Of a stretch of 64,000 nt of DNA, positions 11,761 through 23,790 are shown piece by piece. The DNA is from Octopus bimaculoides (Eukaryota). The translations under genes were made by a program, and so were the position numbers. The notes below the pieces were generated by a model. It searched no databases. It was given only the letters and a program-made list of their open reading frames with translations, and was not told where the DNA came from. Location: assembly GCF_001194135.2 (NCBI RefSeq), contig NC_069001.1, positions 25,644,898 to 25,708,897 on the forward strand, read 5' to 3'. Positions within the stretch are counted from its first letter, which is position 1; every line of letters starts with the position of its first letter.

Positions 11761-13347
11761 ACTATTCAAAAACGTTATTTACACACACACACACACACAC
11801 ACACAAAAAAAAAAAAAAAGCCACAACGGCCAAAGTTCAATTTTTTTTTTTTTTTACGAATATGTCAAATTATTCTCCGGTAAGACCAGGGAATAAATCA
11901 GTTCAACGACGTTCAAAGGTAACTCCTTTTTTCAAGAGTAACACATTCAAAAGGTAATAACAATAAAACAGCAACAATGAAGCAATAACAACAGCAAAAA
12001 CTTTTACCACGAGGAAAGACGCGTAAGGTAAGCGAGCTACTTGTCAAACAGCCGTTCCTGCACTCTCTTCATATAACTCAGCGTATAATGTAAAATTATA
12101 TTATTATATTTATTTTATAATCTTTCATATTTTATATTAGATATCTTTATATATTTACTTATAGTTTTATATACTTTCATAGTGTTTATAATTTATTTTA
12201 TTATTTTCTTGAACAATTTTAAAGGTTTTTATATAATTCACTGTATATGTGAATTCTTATTTTATTATATTTTTTAAACATGCTATATATTCGTTAAGTG
12301 CTTATATACCCAAATTTGTTTAAACATTATATCTGAACCTACCTCCATATACAATTGAAACGTCACTAATTTAATTACCCCAATTACCCTTTCTTACGAT
12401 AACTTATATTTATCGACCTGTAATGAAGCGAATATTTCTTATATTAGCTTAACGTATAGTATAAGTTCCTATTTATATAATTTTATTTCGTTATACATTT
12501 ATTATAGAATATTTTTACCATGATCTTCTATACACTATGTTTATGAAAAGTCTTAATATATTGTTTCTTATATATTAAAATATCCCATTATTAAATTTTA
12601 GATGTAATTTCTAACATTCTTCTATATACTGATTTAAATTTTCTCGCTTTAACATTACAAATCTGCTAAGATGTAATATACTACCTCCCTTATTCTCCAT
12701 TTTTAAATTCCACCCCTGCATTTATATTACTTATCCCTTTGGTTTTTCATTATCTTCCCCTCTAATATGATAAACTAAGTATTTGCCCTTGCTATCCTTC
12801 CTTCTTCCAATTATCAACCCTTCCCCATCAGCATTCCCCTATAACAACCCCTTGCTCTACCCTTTTGTGTAGACAAATCTGGATATAATGTTCCAATATA
12901 TTGAAGGTTTAGTAGATTCGCTGACGTTAATTTTTAGTTTAGTAGATTCTCTGACGGTAACTAGAATACAGCTCATGGATCTGATTTTAGATGGCTGAAG
13001 ACTACATTCTACATATTCTCTTGCAAGTCTATGCAGCAAGGTCATCACTGCTTTTCTCGGTAACCCCATTATTTCCTCTGCTACCTTATAAATTATAGAA
13101 AACTCGACAAGGTATACATCACTTTCTAAATTCATTCTGCCAGCGATATCACAGCAGAAACAATGTAAATATTTTAAGTTCCATTCTTGATGTGAAAATA
13201 TTAAAGCAGAAGTTTTATCCTATATGTCTGAATTGTATGCGGTCATCTGACGTGGATGGCATCTTTCAAATGATGAAATGTTTTCATTAATCAAAAAAGT
13301 CGCTTGAAAGGGCTACAAGGGATTGACATCTGTAAAGCTTCCTTACT

Positions 13348-13748
13348 GTGGCTGTGTGGTAAGAATCTTGCTTCCCAACATGTTTCCGTGTTCAGTCCCA
13401 CTGCGTGGCACCTTTGGCTAGTGTCTTCTACTATAGCCACGGGCCGACCAAAGACTTGTGAGTTGATTTGGTAGACGGAAACTGAAAAAGCTCGTCGGAT
13501 ATATATATATATATATATATATATGTGTATATATATATATATGTTTGTGTGCGTGTGTTCGTGCCCCAGCCATCGCTTGACAACCGACATTGGTGTAGTT
13601 ATGTCCCCGTAACTTAGCGGTTCGGCAAAAGTGACCGATAAAATAAGTACTAGGCTGACAAAGAATAAGTCCTGAGTTGATTTGTTTGACTAAAGGTGGT
13701 GACCCATCACGACTGCGGTGAAATGGCAGAAACAAGTAAAAGAGTAAA
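13348..13748 (+). mobile_element. SINE family B, full length
   Basis: Head, internal (TA)n/(TG)n and 3' half ending gaaacaagtaaaagag. Confidence 0.9.
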
Positions 13749-13784
13749 ATTGTGTATATATATAAAATCCGTGTTGCTTTTATG

Positions 13785-13822
<38 letters not shown>

Positions 13823-13861
13823 ACAGGAAGGACAACAAAAGAAAGGTATATATATATATAA

Positions 13862-13999
13862 GCGTGGCTGTGCGGTAAGCAGTTTGTTTTCCAATCATAT
13901 GGTTCCGGGTTCAGTCACGCTGTGTGGCCTCTTGTCACCTACTATAGCCTAGGGTCGACCAAATCCTTGTGAGTAGACAGATAATGAAAGAAGCTCATC

Positions 14000-14002
<3 letters not shown>
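13862..14002 (+). mobile_element. SINE family B, 5' half
   Basis: gtggctgtgcggtaagc...ggttcagtc...aaagaagctcatcg followed by (TA)n. Confidence 0.8.
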
Positions 14003-14040
<38 letters not shown>

Positions 14041-14584
14041 CATGTACCTTAATCCCCTGAGATTGCAGATAATATTTCTGAATCTCTTTGATTCTTTACA
14101 TGTGCTGGCCTCCTGATAATTAATCGATATTAATTAATATATGACTAATTACCAGATTTTATAATAATATGTTACCCATTGCCCATGTTCTCATACTGAA
14201 TATATAAGACGCAGTAAATATTTTCTGCGGATATATTCCTGGAATTAGCGAAGCAAAACGAAGACTTTTGAATTTTACCATTAAGCTGTAATTAGCATAA
14301 CCATATGCACGCACACCCATGGCGGTTGGCAACTCTGTATACGATTCTGATGATTACGGTTAAATTACAAATCAGGCTGATGAGGATTAGACAAATGGTA
14401 AGAATTTCTTAAATTCGAAACTAGTTCCTGTTTAATAATGCTTTTTCAGGTGATTTTAAATGTCTTGCCCGCTCACGTTTTTAGTATGCTGCTATATTTC
14501 ATGTTGAGAACATTTTAAGTCTTAATAGACACAAGATGTGATCTATTTCTAACGCATTAATTGTCCACGTTAGTGGTCGACGTT

Positions 14585-14627
<43 letters not shown>

Positions 14628-14675
14628 GCACACACACACATGTATATATATGTGTGTGTATATGTATGTATGTAT

Positions 14676-14855
14676 TTGAGCTTCTATGTCCCCCCATCGC
14701 TTGACAACCGATGTTGGTGTGTTTACGTCCTCGAATTTTAGCGCTTCGACAAAAGAGACCGATAGAACAGGTACTAGTCCAGGGGTCGATTTGTTCGACT
14801 AAAGGTGGTACTCCAACCTGGCCGCAGTCAAATAACTTAAACGTGTAAAAGAGTA
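14676..14855 (+). mobile_element. SINE family B, 3' half
   Basis: catcgcttgacaaccgatgttggtgtgtttacgtcc...gtaaaagag. Confidence 0.8.
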
Positions 14856-15003
14856 ACAGAATATATACAAAATTGCTAACCTAGTGTGGCATCCTATTCC
14901 GGACAATGCTACTGACGTTTATAGCCCCAGGAAGACATCTCTTCAAGCTGACTAACGACACATATTCTACCTTCGTTTAATATTTGCGACCCTACCTCTC
15001 ACA

Positions 15004-15394
15004 GTGGAGGCTAAATGGCTCAGTGGTTAGGGTAGTGGACTCGCGGTCATAGGATCGCGGTTTCGATTCCCAGACCGGGCGTTGTGAGTGTTTATTGAGC
15101 GAAAACACCTAAAGATCCACGAGGCTCCGGCAGGGGATGGTGGCGAACCCTACTGTACTCTTTCACCACAACTTTCTCTCACTCTTACTTCCTGTTTCTG
15201 TTGTACCTGTAATTCAAAGAGTCAGCCTTGTCACACTGTGTCACGCTGAATATCCCCGAGAACTACGTTAAGGGTACACGTGTCTGTTGAGTGCTCAGCC
15301 ACTTGCACGTTAATTTCACGAGCAGGCAGTTCCGTTGATCGGATCAACTGGAACCCTCGACGTCGTAAGCGACAGAGTGCCAACAACAACAACA
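15004..15394 (+). mobile_element. tRNA-derived SINE family A, full length with target-site duplication
   Basis: A box TGGCTCAGTGG, B-box-like GGTTTCGATTCCC and (AAC)n tail. TSD acctctcaca(gt) at 14994-15003 and 15395-15406. Confidence 0.95.
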
Positions 15395-16506
15395 ACCTCT
15401 CACAGTAACTCGAATTTCATAAATACAAGTAATATAATGTGTCTATATCAATGTTATTCGCCTACACTGTAAAATTTGCTATGCCTAGAATCATTTCCTT
15501 CTGGCAATGAGCTCTTCAATCAATTAAATATGCATGCCAATTAATCATTAAATCGTCCTTAAGTTATTCTAATATTTTACAAATTTTCATAAGATATATT
15601 AGTGTTGGAAACTGTACTTTTTTAACAGGTAATGTTTGCTTATGAATTACTTCAAATTCTTTACTTCCATTTAAAATAAAACGCATACATATATGTCCCA
15701 CGGATGAATGCTTGCTCATATTATCGATTGCAGCGTATATACCTCAGCAGAATATTATTTCCCTCCTGCGTGTCAAGATTTGGCAGATGAATTCGATTAC
15801 ATGTTACTATGGGGGTGTCTTGAGAGAAAAATCTACTTCCAAGAGAATATCACTCCGGGTATATAGAAGAATCCTTAATTCCACATGCTTTCATCAGTGT
15901 TTTGGCACGTTATTGACTAAACCATCTGTGACACTGTGAAAGATTCTCATTCGAAATCCTTTTAACTGACACCGTCGTTTTCTGATGATGAGACGTGTAA
16001 CATTCATATTAGTAAAACAAAACTATTGTGCTGCGATATGTGTATATTAGTTAAAGGCAAAACAAGTAGAGGCGATTCATAATTGTTTCCTAATGATTAA
16101 GTGCTAAAATACGCGGAAGAAATCCATTGATACGTTCTATAGAGAACGCAGAATTCATATCCGATATTGCGTATATTGTGTCAAGGAATCTGGAATAAGA
16201 TCGCTCCAGTAAATGTTAGCAATCAACGCAGTAATTGACTTTCATTTGTAACTTCTTGAAGAAAGATGGTTCACGCTGATAAATTGAAAGATGTTTATTG
16301 TTCCTTCCACTGTGGCATTTTGAAATATAATTCTTCACAAATGTCCATGTATTTCTAAATTTTAGGAAAACAATAGCATAAAGATTTATTAGAGAAAATT
16401 CACGGCCATTGTTCAAGAAAACAAAGGAGTCGCTGAAGAAATCCGGATATTTCGGAGATGTCTCTCATGAATGCATATTATATAGAAGGAAACTTAAACC
16501 ACGTAA

Positions 16507-17105
16507 TATTGATGGTGGTAGCAAAACCTTCTCGGACGAGCTATGCTTGATGAAAAGCGACTCATTTACCTAAGTTTCAAAATCCTTTCCTTCCAAATAG
16601 TTGCCTTGTGTCTGCGTTTCTGCCAATTTTGAAATCTGGCCTGGAAGTTGTTTACCGAAAGCGCGTCGAGGATTTTCTGCGATCCGATCTGGATATCGAC
16701 AAAGGTGTTAAACCTTTTTGTCTTTGGGAAGAGACAGAAGTCCTCAGGTGCTACATTTGGCAAACCAGTCTGAGGGAAAAGCGATGACATGCTGTTTTTG
16801 GCGAGAAACTCATGAGTGAGTAGAGCTCGATGAAGAATTCACTTTCAGCGAATGTTCTCCCTCAGAAGATTCCAAATGTCGCAGTAGAACTATCGATTGG
16901 CGGTCGGGCCCCTGGGGACGAATTCTCCATGCACAATACCACATTTCCATGGGTGACGCTTGTGGCAGTTCTTTCATATCGCTTATCGTCTTCCAGGGAC
17001 GATCTTCCGCTTTTGAAGCACCTGTGCTACTCGAAACAAAGCGTACGACCTTTTGCCTCGTCGCTGTATGATTGTGGAAGCATGCTCGATGTGTTTTTGC
17101 GTGTG
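16507..17105 (-). mobile_element. Internally deleted mariner-like element
   Basis: Minus-strand translation resembles the mariner HTH region, IVHGEFVP and APEDFCLFPK (YSPDLAP region). Its 3' terminus aligns with that of the copy at 39534-40297. Confidence 0.85.
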
Positions 17106-17276
17106 TCTGTTCTGTGTCGATGTGTGTGTGTGTGTGTGTGTGTCCGTGTGTGTGTGTGTGTGTGTGTAACTTTTCGTTTCCGACGGTCTAATAACTTTTG
17201 CGTGTATGAAATAATAATAAAAACAGCAACAATAATCATAATGCTAATAGTAAAAATAATAATAATAATAATAATT

Positions 17277-17722
17277 TTCAGATGGATCGTGTAATCGAAC
17301 ACGGTCGGCCGGATATTGTCATATCGAATAAGAGACACAAATAATGTCAGATCATTGACATAGCCATACCAAACGGCATGGATTTTGTGAGTAAAGAGGT
17401 TGAAACAAATCACCAAGTACTCCGAATTGGAAGTGGAAATTGCAAGACTGTATGGAATGCGAGAGGGTAATGTAAAAATGATACCAGTGGTTATCGGAGC
17501 GTTGGGTTCAATCGCACGAAAATTTCGAGACTTCTTAACGAAACTGGAAATCTCATGCAAGTTTGATGTCTAGCAAATGCAGCCTTATGGGGCACAGTGC
17601 ACATATTAAGGAAAGTATTAGCTGCCTGAGGTTCTTGTGATTTGACAGACGATTAAAGACTATGGTGCATTTTTACCTACACTCTGTTAGGAAAGAATAA
17701 TAATAATAATAATAATAATAAT
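17277..17722 (+). mobile_element. 5'-truncated R4/Dong-like LINE (RLE domain and 3'UTR) embedded in (AAT)n
   Basis: Translates FQMDRVIEHGRPDIVI...IIDIAIP...KYSELEVEIARL...IPVVIGALG...LWGTVHILRKVL. (AAT)n lies on both sides (17209-17277 and 17697-17722). Confidence 0.9.
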
Positions 17723-18150
17723 TGCTGAACAACGCAGAGAGTTTATGATAGAACCGAAGCAGAAGATACTGAATAAGCTCGTTGTTGCAAGGCATGCAAA
17801 TATGCATAATGGAGAACCACTTCATAAACTCGCAAATACAAACTAAAATGATAAAGAAAAATGGCAATTATGTAACAAAAGAAATCATACAAGAATAAAA
17901 GCCTAATCTTCTGAATTAAATTAAATTTCTTTCAAGACAATTGAAAGACAATCAGTTCCGCATGGATTGGTAATAAAAAGGCGTTTGACAGTATACCGCA
18001 TTCATGGATCTTGAAATCGCTAGATATCTTCAAAATTTCTCCGGTAATTTCAAACATCCTGAAACACATTTTCAGCGTGGAATACGAATCTCCACTTATA
18101 TCAATCTAATGGAGCCCTGACAACAATCAATATAGAGGCTTTCCTGTATC
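17723..18150 (+). mobile_element. Second R4/Dong-like LINE fragment (N-terminal part fused to RT piece)
   Basis: AFDSIPHSWILKSLDIFKISP RT motif at about 17985-18050. The upstream part loosely resembles the pre-RT region of the 28700-31410 element. Confidence 0.65.
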
Positions 18151-18269
18151 AGGAGGGCCATATCACTATCATTCCCCTCGCCACTTATTTTAGCCCTTAT
18201 ATGCTTCGCATATGGCCCTTCTTTTTTAGTGTATACCGTTTATACTTATTGAATTATTTGAGGACGACT

Positions 18270-19440
18270 TCCAAGTAGCAATGATCAATAGTATCGAACG
18301 CTTTCGATGGACCCAAACTGAACACAGCAGTTTCGAAGCCAGCATTGTTCCCAGCTCTCTATATGATGTGTCGCATAGGGTGGAGGTTGTCGAGGGTAGA
18401 CTTGCTTGGGATTGCGCTCGTTTATGCTTCTACGACCAGGCACCGACGACAAACGCCAGCTTTTTCGCTCACTCCTTGGCCAAAATCTTAAACTCTGTGT
18501 TTAGCAGAGTTATGGGCCGAAAATTCTCTAGCATACCCCTATTGTTGGCGTCATTCCTCATCAAATCTCCGCTAACAACACTAAGAATTCTCCCGTTCTG
18601 TCGTTAGTTGCGGTAGACATGTGCCAAGAGGTCGCCAAAACACATCTGGCATCAATACATAGAATTCGTAGGGCAGACCATCCAACCCGATCTGAGGGCG
18701 ATCTGAGGCTTGTGTCAATAGCTCATAACATCCCAAATTTCAGCAGCCGTTACCTGATTTTCACAAAACTTCGCGTCAGCTGCCGAGAGCCGCAGTAAGC
18801 TGTCCAGATACAAACTAAAGCCCAGTACTGTCGTCGACGTATTGCTCTTTCCAAACAGATACGCGAAGGGCTGCTGAAAAGCCACACAAATCTACGCTTT
18901 GAACCGCGTAGCACACACCCTTCCCCATCCATCAAAACCTAATTGTGGCTTTGTTTCCACGTCGTATATCCCCGATCGAGCCAGAAAAAGAAGAAACATA
19001 TTGTGAGCAAGTGTAACAAAAACGCAATTAATCTCACATATTGTGAGTGAGCATAACAGTACGCTTTTATCGCTCTGCCCACACCTCGAGTAGCTCCGAC
19101 TGACGGCACTTCCGTGCCTGTGGAATTTATCCAGAACCTGCAACGCTTTCCGGTAGCATTGCCAGGCCAGCGATTTATGGAAGTTATCGATAGACCCCGG
19201 CCTGGAAGTCCTCCAGAAAAGATCGGCCAGTTATTCCTCCAAGAGCCTCCCCAAAGACGTCATCGCACTTATCATGCCACTAACCCCTTATAGTACGCCA
19301 AGATAGAATTTCGACCGACCGCATTGCCCAACTGGTGGAGGACTAAGTCGGCTTGTTGGAACTCAAAGTGCCATTTGCCCTGCCTCGGTCTCAGCTTGAC
19401 CCAGGATTGTAACTCCGTTCAAGAGACGAGTTGAGGAAAA
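18270..19440 (-). mobile_element. Tx1/L1-like LINE fragment with permuted domain order
   Basis: 19440-19010 encodes a C-terminal zf-RVT-like region (NFHKSLAWQCYRKAL...RCGQSDK). 18990-18270 encodes the linker and RT start (GNKATIR, GLDGLPYEFY, FRPITLLNTEFKILAK, KAFDTIDH). Confidence 0.85.
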
Positions 19441-19477
19441 GCGACGATGACAATAATAATAATGATAATGATATAAC

Positions 19478-19822
19478 AATGTATGCGATAAGGAAGCAAG
19501 AAAAGTAGAGAGATATGACAGGTTAGTTTGGGAAGTTAAGCAGTTGTGGTCGATGAAATGGGTAGCAGTAGTACCAATAATTGTTGGAGCCCTGGGAACA
19601 GTGAGCAAAATTCTCAAAAAGTACTTGGAACAAATAGGGGCTGCAATAAGGGTGGAGCACTTGCAGAAAGCAGCGCTGCTTGGAGCCACTCGAATACTCC
19701 GGCAAGTGCCCGAAAAATGAGAGGTGTTACCTTAGTTCGCCTGTAGTGGACAGCTGACACTGTAGTACATCTTCAGCGTTAGAAGCTGTGAAAAGGCAAT
19801 AATAATAATAATAATAATAATA
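19478..19822 (+). mobile_element. Short 3' fragment of R4/Dong-like LINE, same subfamily as 2822-3845
   Basis: VPIIVGALGTV...LQKAALLGATRILRQV, a shared 3'UTR and an (AAT)n tail. An AAT-like tract also lies 5' (about 19451-19480). Confidence 0.9.
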
Positions 19823-20129
19823 GTAATAAGATATAAACTTTGCAATGTATTGTTTTATGAAAATGGTACTAACCTTCCCACGTGCCAAAGTGGTATGATG
19901 AATCAGCTACTATAAAGTCCGACAGCCAGTCGTTGGAGGAAGTCAGAAGTAGTGGAGTCGGTGTACGAGTTCTCAGTTGGACTCAGTGTTAGTTACATGA
20001 CATAATGCGAGTTTGAGTTACCGTCAGAGTAAACGTTTCAAAGTCGTTGCCTTGCGGAGCTATCAACAATAGCACAATAGACAAGTCAAAGATAATAAGA
20101 CACGGAATATCGCCAGAACATAATAGTGG

Positions 20130-20395
20130 CGACAAGAATATTACACTGCCGACAATAACATACAAGTCGATGAGGATTCATATTATAACAGAAATCTAAT
20201 AAATTGAGAAAATGGAGAAATATCAGGAGCCGGTAGAAGAGATAAAGAAATTATAGAAGGCTAAAACCACAATTATTCCTGTGGTATTTGGTGCACTTGG
20301 CACAAGAGTCAAACTAATACTTGAGAGGCTAAAGTGTATTGAAACTGAGACTAGTAATGCTGACATGTAGCAAATTTTTTCTTCCAGTTTTCTGC
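20130..20395 (+). mobile_element. Highly decayed RLE-domain fragment of an R4/Dong-like LINE
   Basis: EKMEKYQEPVEEIKKL*KAKTTIIPVVFGALGT matches the RLE C-terminus seen in the other copies. Confidence 0.65.
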
Positions 20396-21809
20396 AAGGA
20401 AAGATTTGAAAGAAACTTGTCATCAAATCTTAACACAACGTCCCTCCTAACTGTAGAATGTAATACATTTAATAACAAAAATGATCTGTGACCTATACAA
20501 AACCACATAGAACGGAACTGTGCTAATTTTCATTTTATAATAGAAAACAGACGGTATTCATTTTGTGTGTCGTTGGGTTTATATTTGGCTACATGGAACA
20601 TTAGGATTATTGTATACAGTTTATATAGCTACCCACAGACTTCACAATGGTGTATGAATGTCACAAATAACCTTGGATGGTAAATCATATCTCACACACT
20701 ATTTAACTATATTTCATGAGCCGTGCGTGTTTTTATGAATTTACTCATTCTATGTATTTATTTAAAACGTAGCACTAAACTTAGATAGCTTAGTAGTGTA
20801 TGAGAATACATAGCCAATCTATCATTATATATGTTGCGATATGCCTAACCGAGGAAACCACTCATATGTCGCCTGGTTTCAACCTGCACTTAGTCCTTGG
20901 GTAATTATAGAGTTAACCATTTATTTGCCAGGGTCGAGATCACGACTTAAAGATAACACTATGTAATCATTTCCTTCTGCACTCTGTATTGTATAGTACA
21001 ACTCTGTATTAGTATATACAGGCGGAAGCGGTTCTTCAGGAAGAACTCATGAATCATGTTTTCTTCATTTTCATTTCAAGTATCATAGTTCCTGTAAAGG
21101 TTACTGACAAAGTCATTAAAAAGTATGTGGTATTTGTGTGTGAACTGTTGAAGTATAACAAACATATGATCCACAGAAAATTATGTAGCTGTGCAATATA
21201 ATTTTAGTGTGATTTAATTAGACCATTTTATAGGATACACAGCGTAGAATGTTGTGTGAATAGTGAAGTAGATACATCCGTACCAGTAAGAAATACGCAA
21301 CATTTATGACTAATGTACAACGAGCAAAGTAGACTGTGAATGCGAGAAATAAATTTATACTGTATATATAATCATGTAACATAAATGGCTATAAATAATT
21401 GTAAATGTGCATAAACGAAAATGAACGAGATTAAATGAATACGATAGTTTAAAATGAATGGAAGCTACTGAGTGGGAAAAAATGTTGGAACAGATACTAA
21501 AATTGGAATAGATACTAAAATAGATAATAAAATTGGCAAGAAGCGGATACTTAAGTAATTTGATATATAAGTATAAATTATAAGAATAGATATCATACAG
21601 AGATAACATTTATTTTTTTAATTTTATTTTACCGGAAAATATCATTATATTAAATCTCTCATTGTGCCTGAATACTTGTTGTTTCATTTTATATATTCCT
21701 GCTTTAAAATCTGGTAAGCTATGTGTATGAACTATTTTGTTAGCTTTAAATTTTCGTTTTGTTGGCACCGAAGCATCATCTTTACTCATCGAATGTAACG
21801 ATGTAAAGT

Positions 21810-22180
21810 TCCCTTCGGTCAAGAATGACCATGGGATTGCACCTAGAATGTGCCCTTCTGAGGCACAAGCCCGGAAAAGGTTGATAGAAGATCAGCTGCC
21901 GCTCATGCCTACCACGGAATAGATGTTAAACAAGAGTAATAAAAAAGCCGATTCAGCTTGTATTTTCTTGATCAAGACACTTTATTTCCCGTTGCTCCAG
22001 TTCACTTAGCTGTAGAAATGAGTTGTGAATACACTGGTGCCAAGATGTATCGGATTTTAGTTTTCCCTTGGATAATATCGGTGTTATAGAGAGGGGAAGC
22101 TGGAATGCATGGGCGACTACAAGTCTTCCATATACTACCTTGTCTGGTCTAGTGTTTCCAAGGGTGCAATCATTCCTTCT
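21810..22180. mobile_element. Two oppositely oriented SINE pieces (tail on minus at 21810-21925; family D-like body and tail on plus at 21955-22180)
   Basis: The body ttcttgatcaagacactttatttcccgttgctccagttcacttagctg matches 41370-41430 (reverse). The tail gcatgggcgac...gtgcaatc is present in both orientations. Confidence 0.6.
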
Positions 22181-23329
22181 TTCTCTTAAGGTGTAAGAGA
22201 AAGAAACTGAATTCTCGCAATTATATATGGCAGCTTTCAACTATAAATGGCAGCTTTCAGAAAATGAATTGCTGCAACTATATATGGCAACTTTCATTAT
22301 TTGAAGGTATTCATCCCTTTACAGTCCGGGTGATTCCTGAACGTGACATATCAAGTTTGCTGAAATCGTGGTCATAGTATAACTTATTATGTTAGCCATC
22401 TCATTATATTGCATCTTTCGCTTTTTCGACGGGTGTGCGCGCTTGTACTTGTATGTTTCTCGTAATATATGGGTAATTGACTGTTACTGATATATCATTC
22501 AACTTCTGCCATTTAAATTCTAAATGGCTGACGACTAGCACATCCTGCTTGAAACCCAAGAATACCATTGAATTTTAATCAAACTGTTTTGATTCATGCA
22601 TGTAACTCCCAATAAATTGGTTGAAGGACTTTCTTTAATCTGTTTATATATATATATATATATAAACATATTTATATANNNNNNNNNNNNNNNNNNNNNN
22701 NNNNNNNNNNNNNNNNNNNNNNNNNNNNNNNNNNNNNNNNNNNNNNNNNNNNNNNNNNNNNNNNNNNNNNNNNNNNNNATATATATATATATATATATAT
22801 ATATATCATACCCCCACACACGCATATATAGAAATAATTGTTTCAAATAAACAAACAATACACTAACAATGCACAAGAACTGTATTAGCTTGATGCTTAG
22901 CGAAAATAGTTTGTCATTTCGGTTATTGCTTTTCTATAAACATCTATTAATCTATCTATATATATATGTATATTTATACACACACACACACATGTATATC
23001 TATATTCATATATCTACTTCCCTCCTCGTCACACGTACACACAGGCTCTATATATTTACATATAAGAGAAGGAATTTCAATTATTGAGCTTGCATGTCTG
23101 AATTTGCTGTGTGCTTATATTGTTTCCCAGAAGTGTCAGTGTCTGTGTGGAGCGGCAGATTTAAAGAAGTATTGGCTATTAAGATAAAAATTAAAATCAA
23201 CAATGAGAGACAAAAAAAAATTAATCAATCATGATAATAAAAATGTCAAATTTAATTTTTGTATGCATGAACGGAAAACATATGGAGGGAAACCACATGC
23301 CCACACATACGAACACACGTATTTAAATG

Positions 23330-23364
23330 CACACACACGCACACACTCATATATATGTATGTAG

Positions 23365-23422
<58 letters not shown>

Positions 23423-23532
23423 ATATATATACATTTACATATATATACATTTACAAATATTTATATATACATATATATAAATACATATATATACACATAT
23501 ATGTATGCACACACACACACACGCACACACGC

Positions 23533-23563
<31 letters not shown>

Positions 23564-23790
23564 CATATGTATACACAAACATATGCATATACATACATAA
23601 ATATATAGTATATATGAGTACATCAATTGATATATACATGTGAAAATATAAACATATATATATATAAACCTTTCTCTATATATCAATATATATAAAAACA
23701 TATAAATATATAGAGAGAGTGAGATAGATAGATGTGTGTGTGTTTGTATGTGTGAGTCTGTGTGTGTGTGTGTATGACAGAGAGAGAAAG
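23330..23790. repeat. Compound (CA)n/(TA)n/(GA)n microsatellite field
   Basis: Read directly from the sequence; it generates the YIYI/HTHT pseudo-ORFs. Confidence 0.95.

Noticed and set aside
12100-13140. Strand-biased AT-rich tract and 92-aa ORF, possibly an ancient LINE remnant
   Set aside because: Only a vague endonuclease-like resemblance with no diagnostic motif.
14198-14238. Imperfect 41-nt hairpin
   Set aside because: Largely A/T pairs with bulges, isolated, and expected occasionally in AT-rich DNA.
15004-15080. tRNA-like sequence with A and B boxes
   Set aside because: It is the head of a SINE with body, tail and TSD; no complete cloverleaf or independent terminator is evident.
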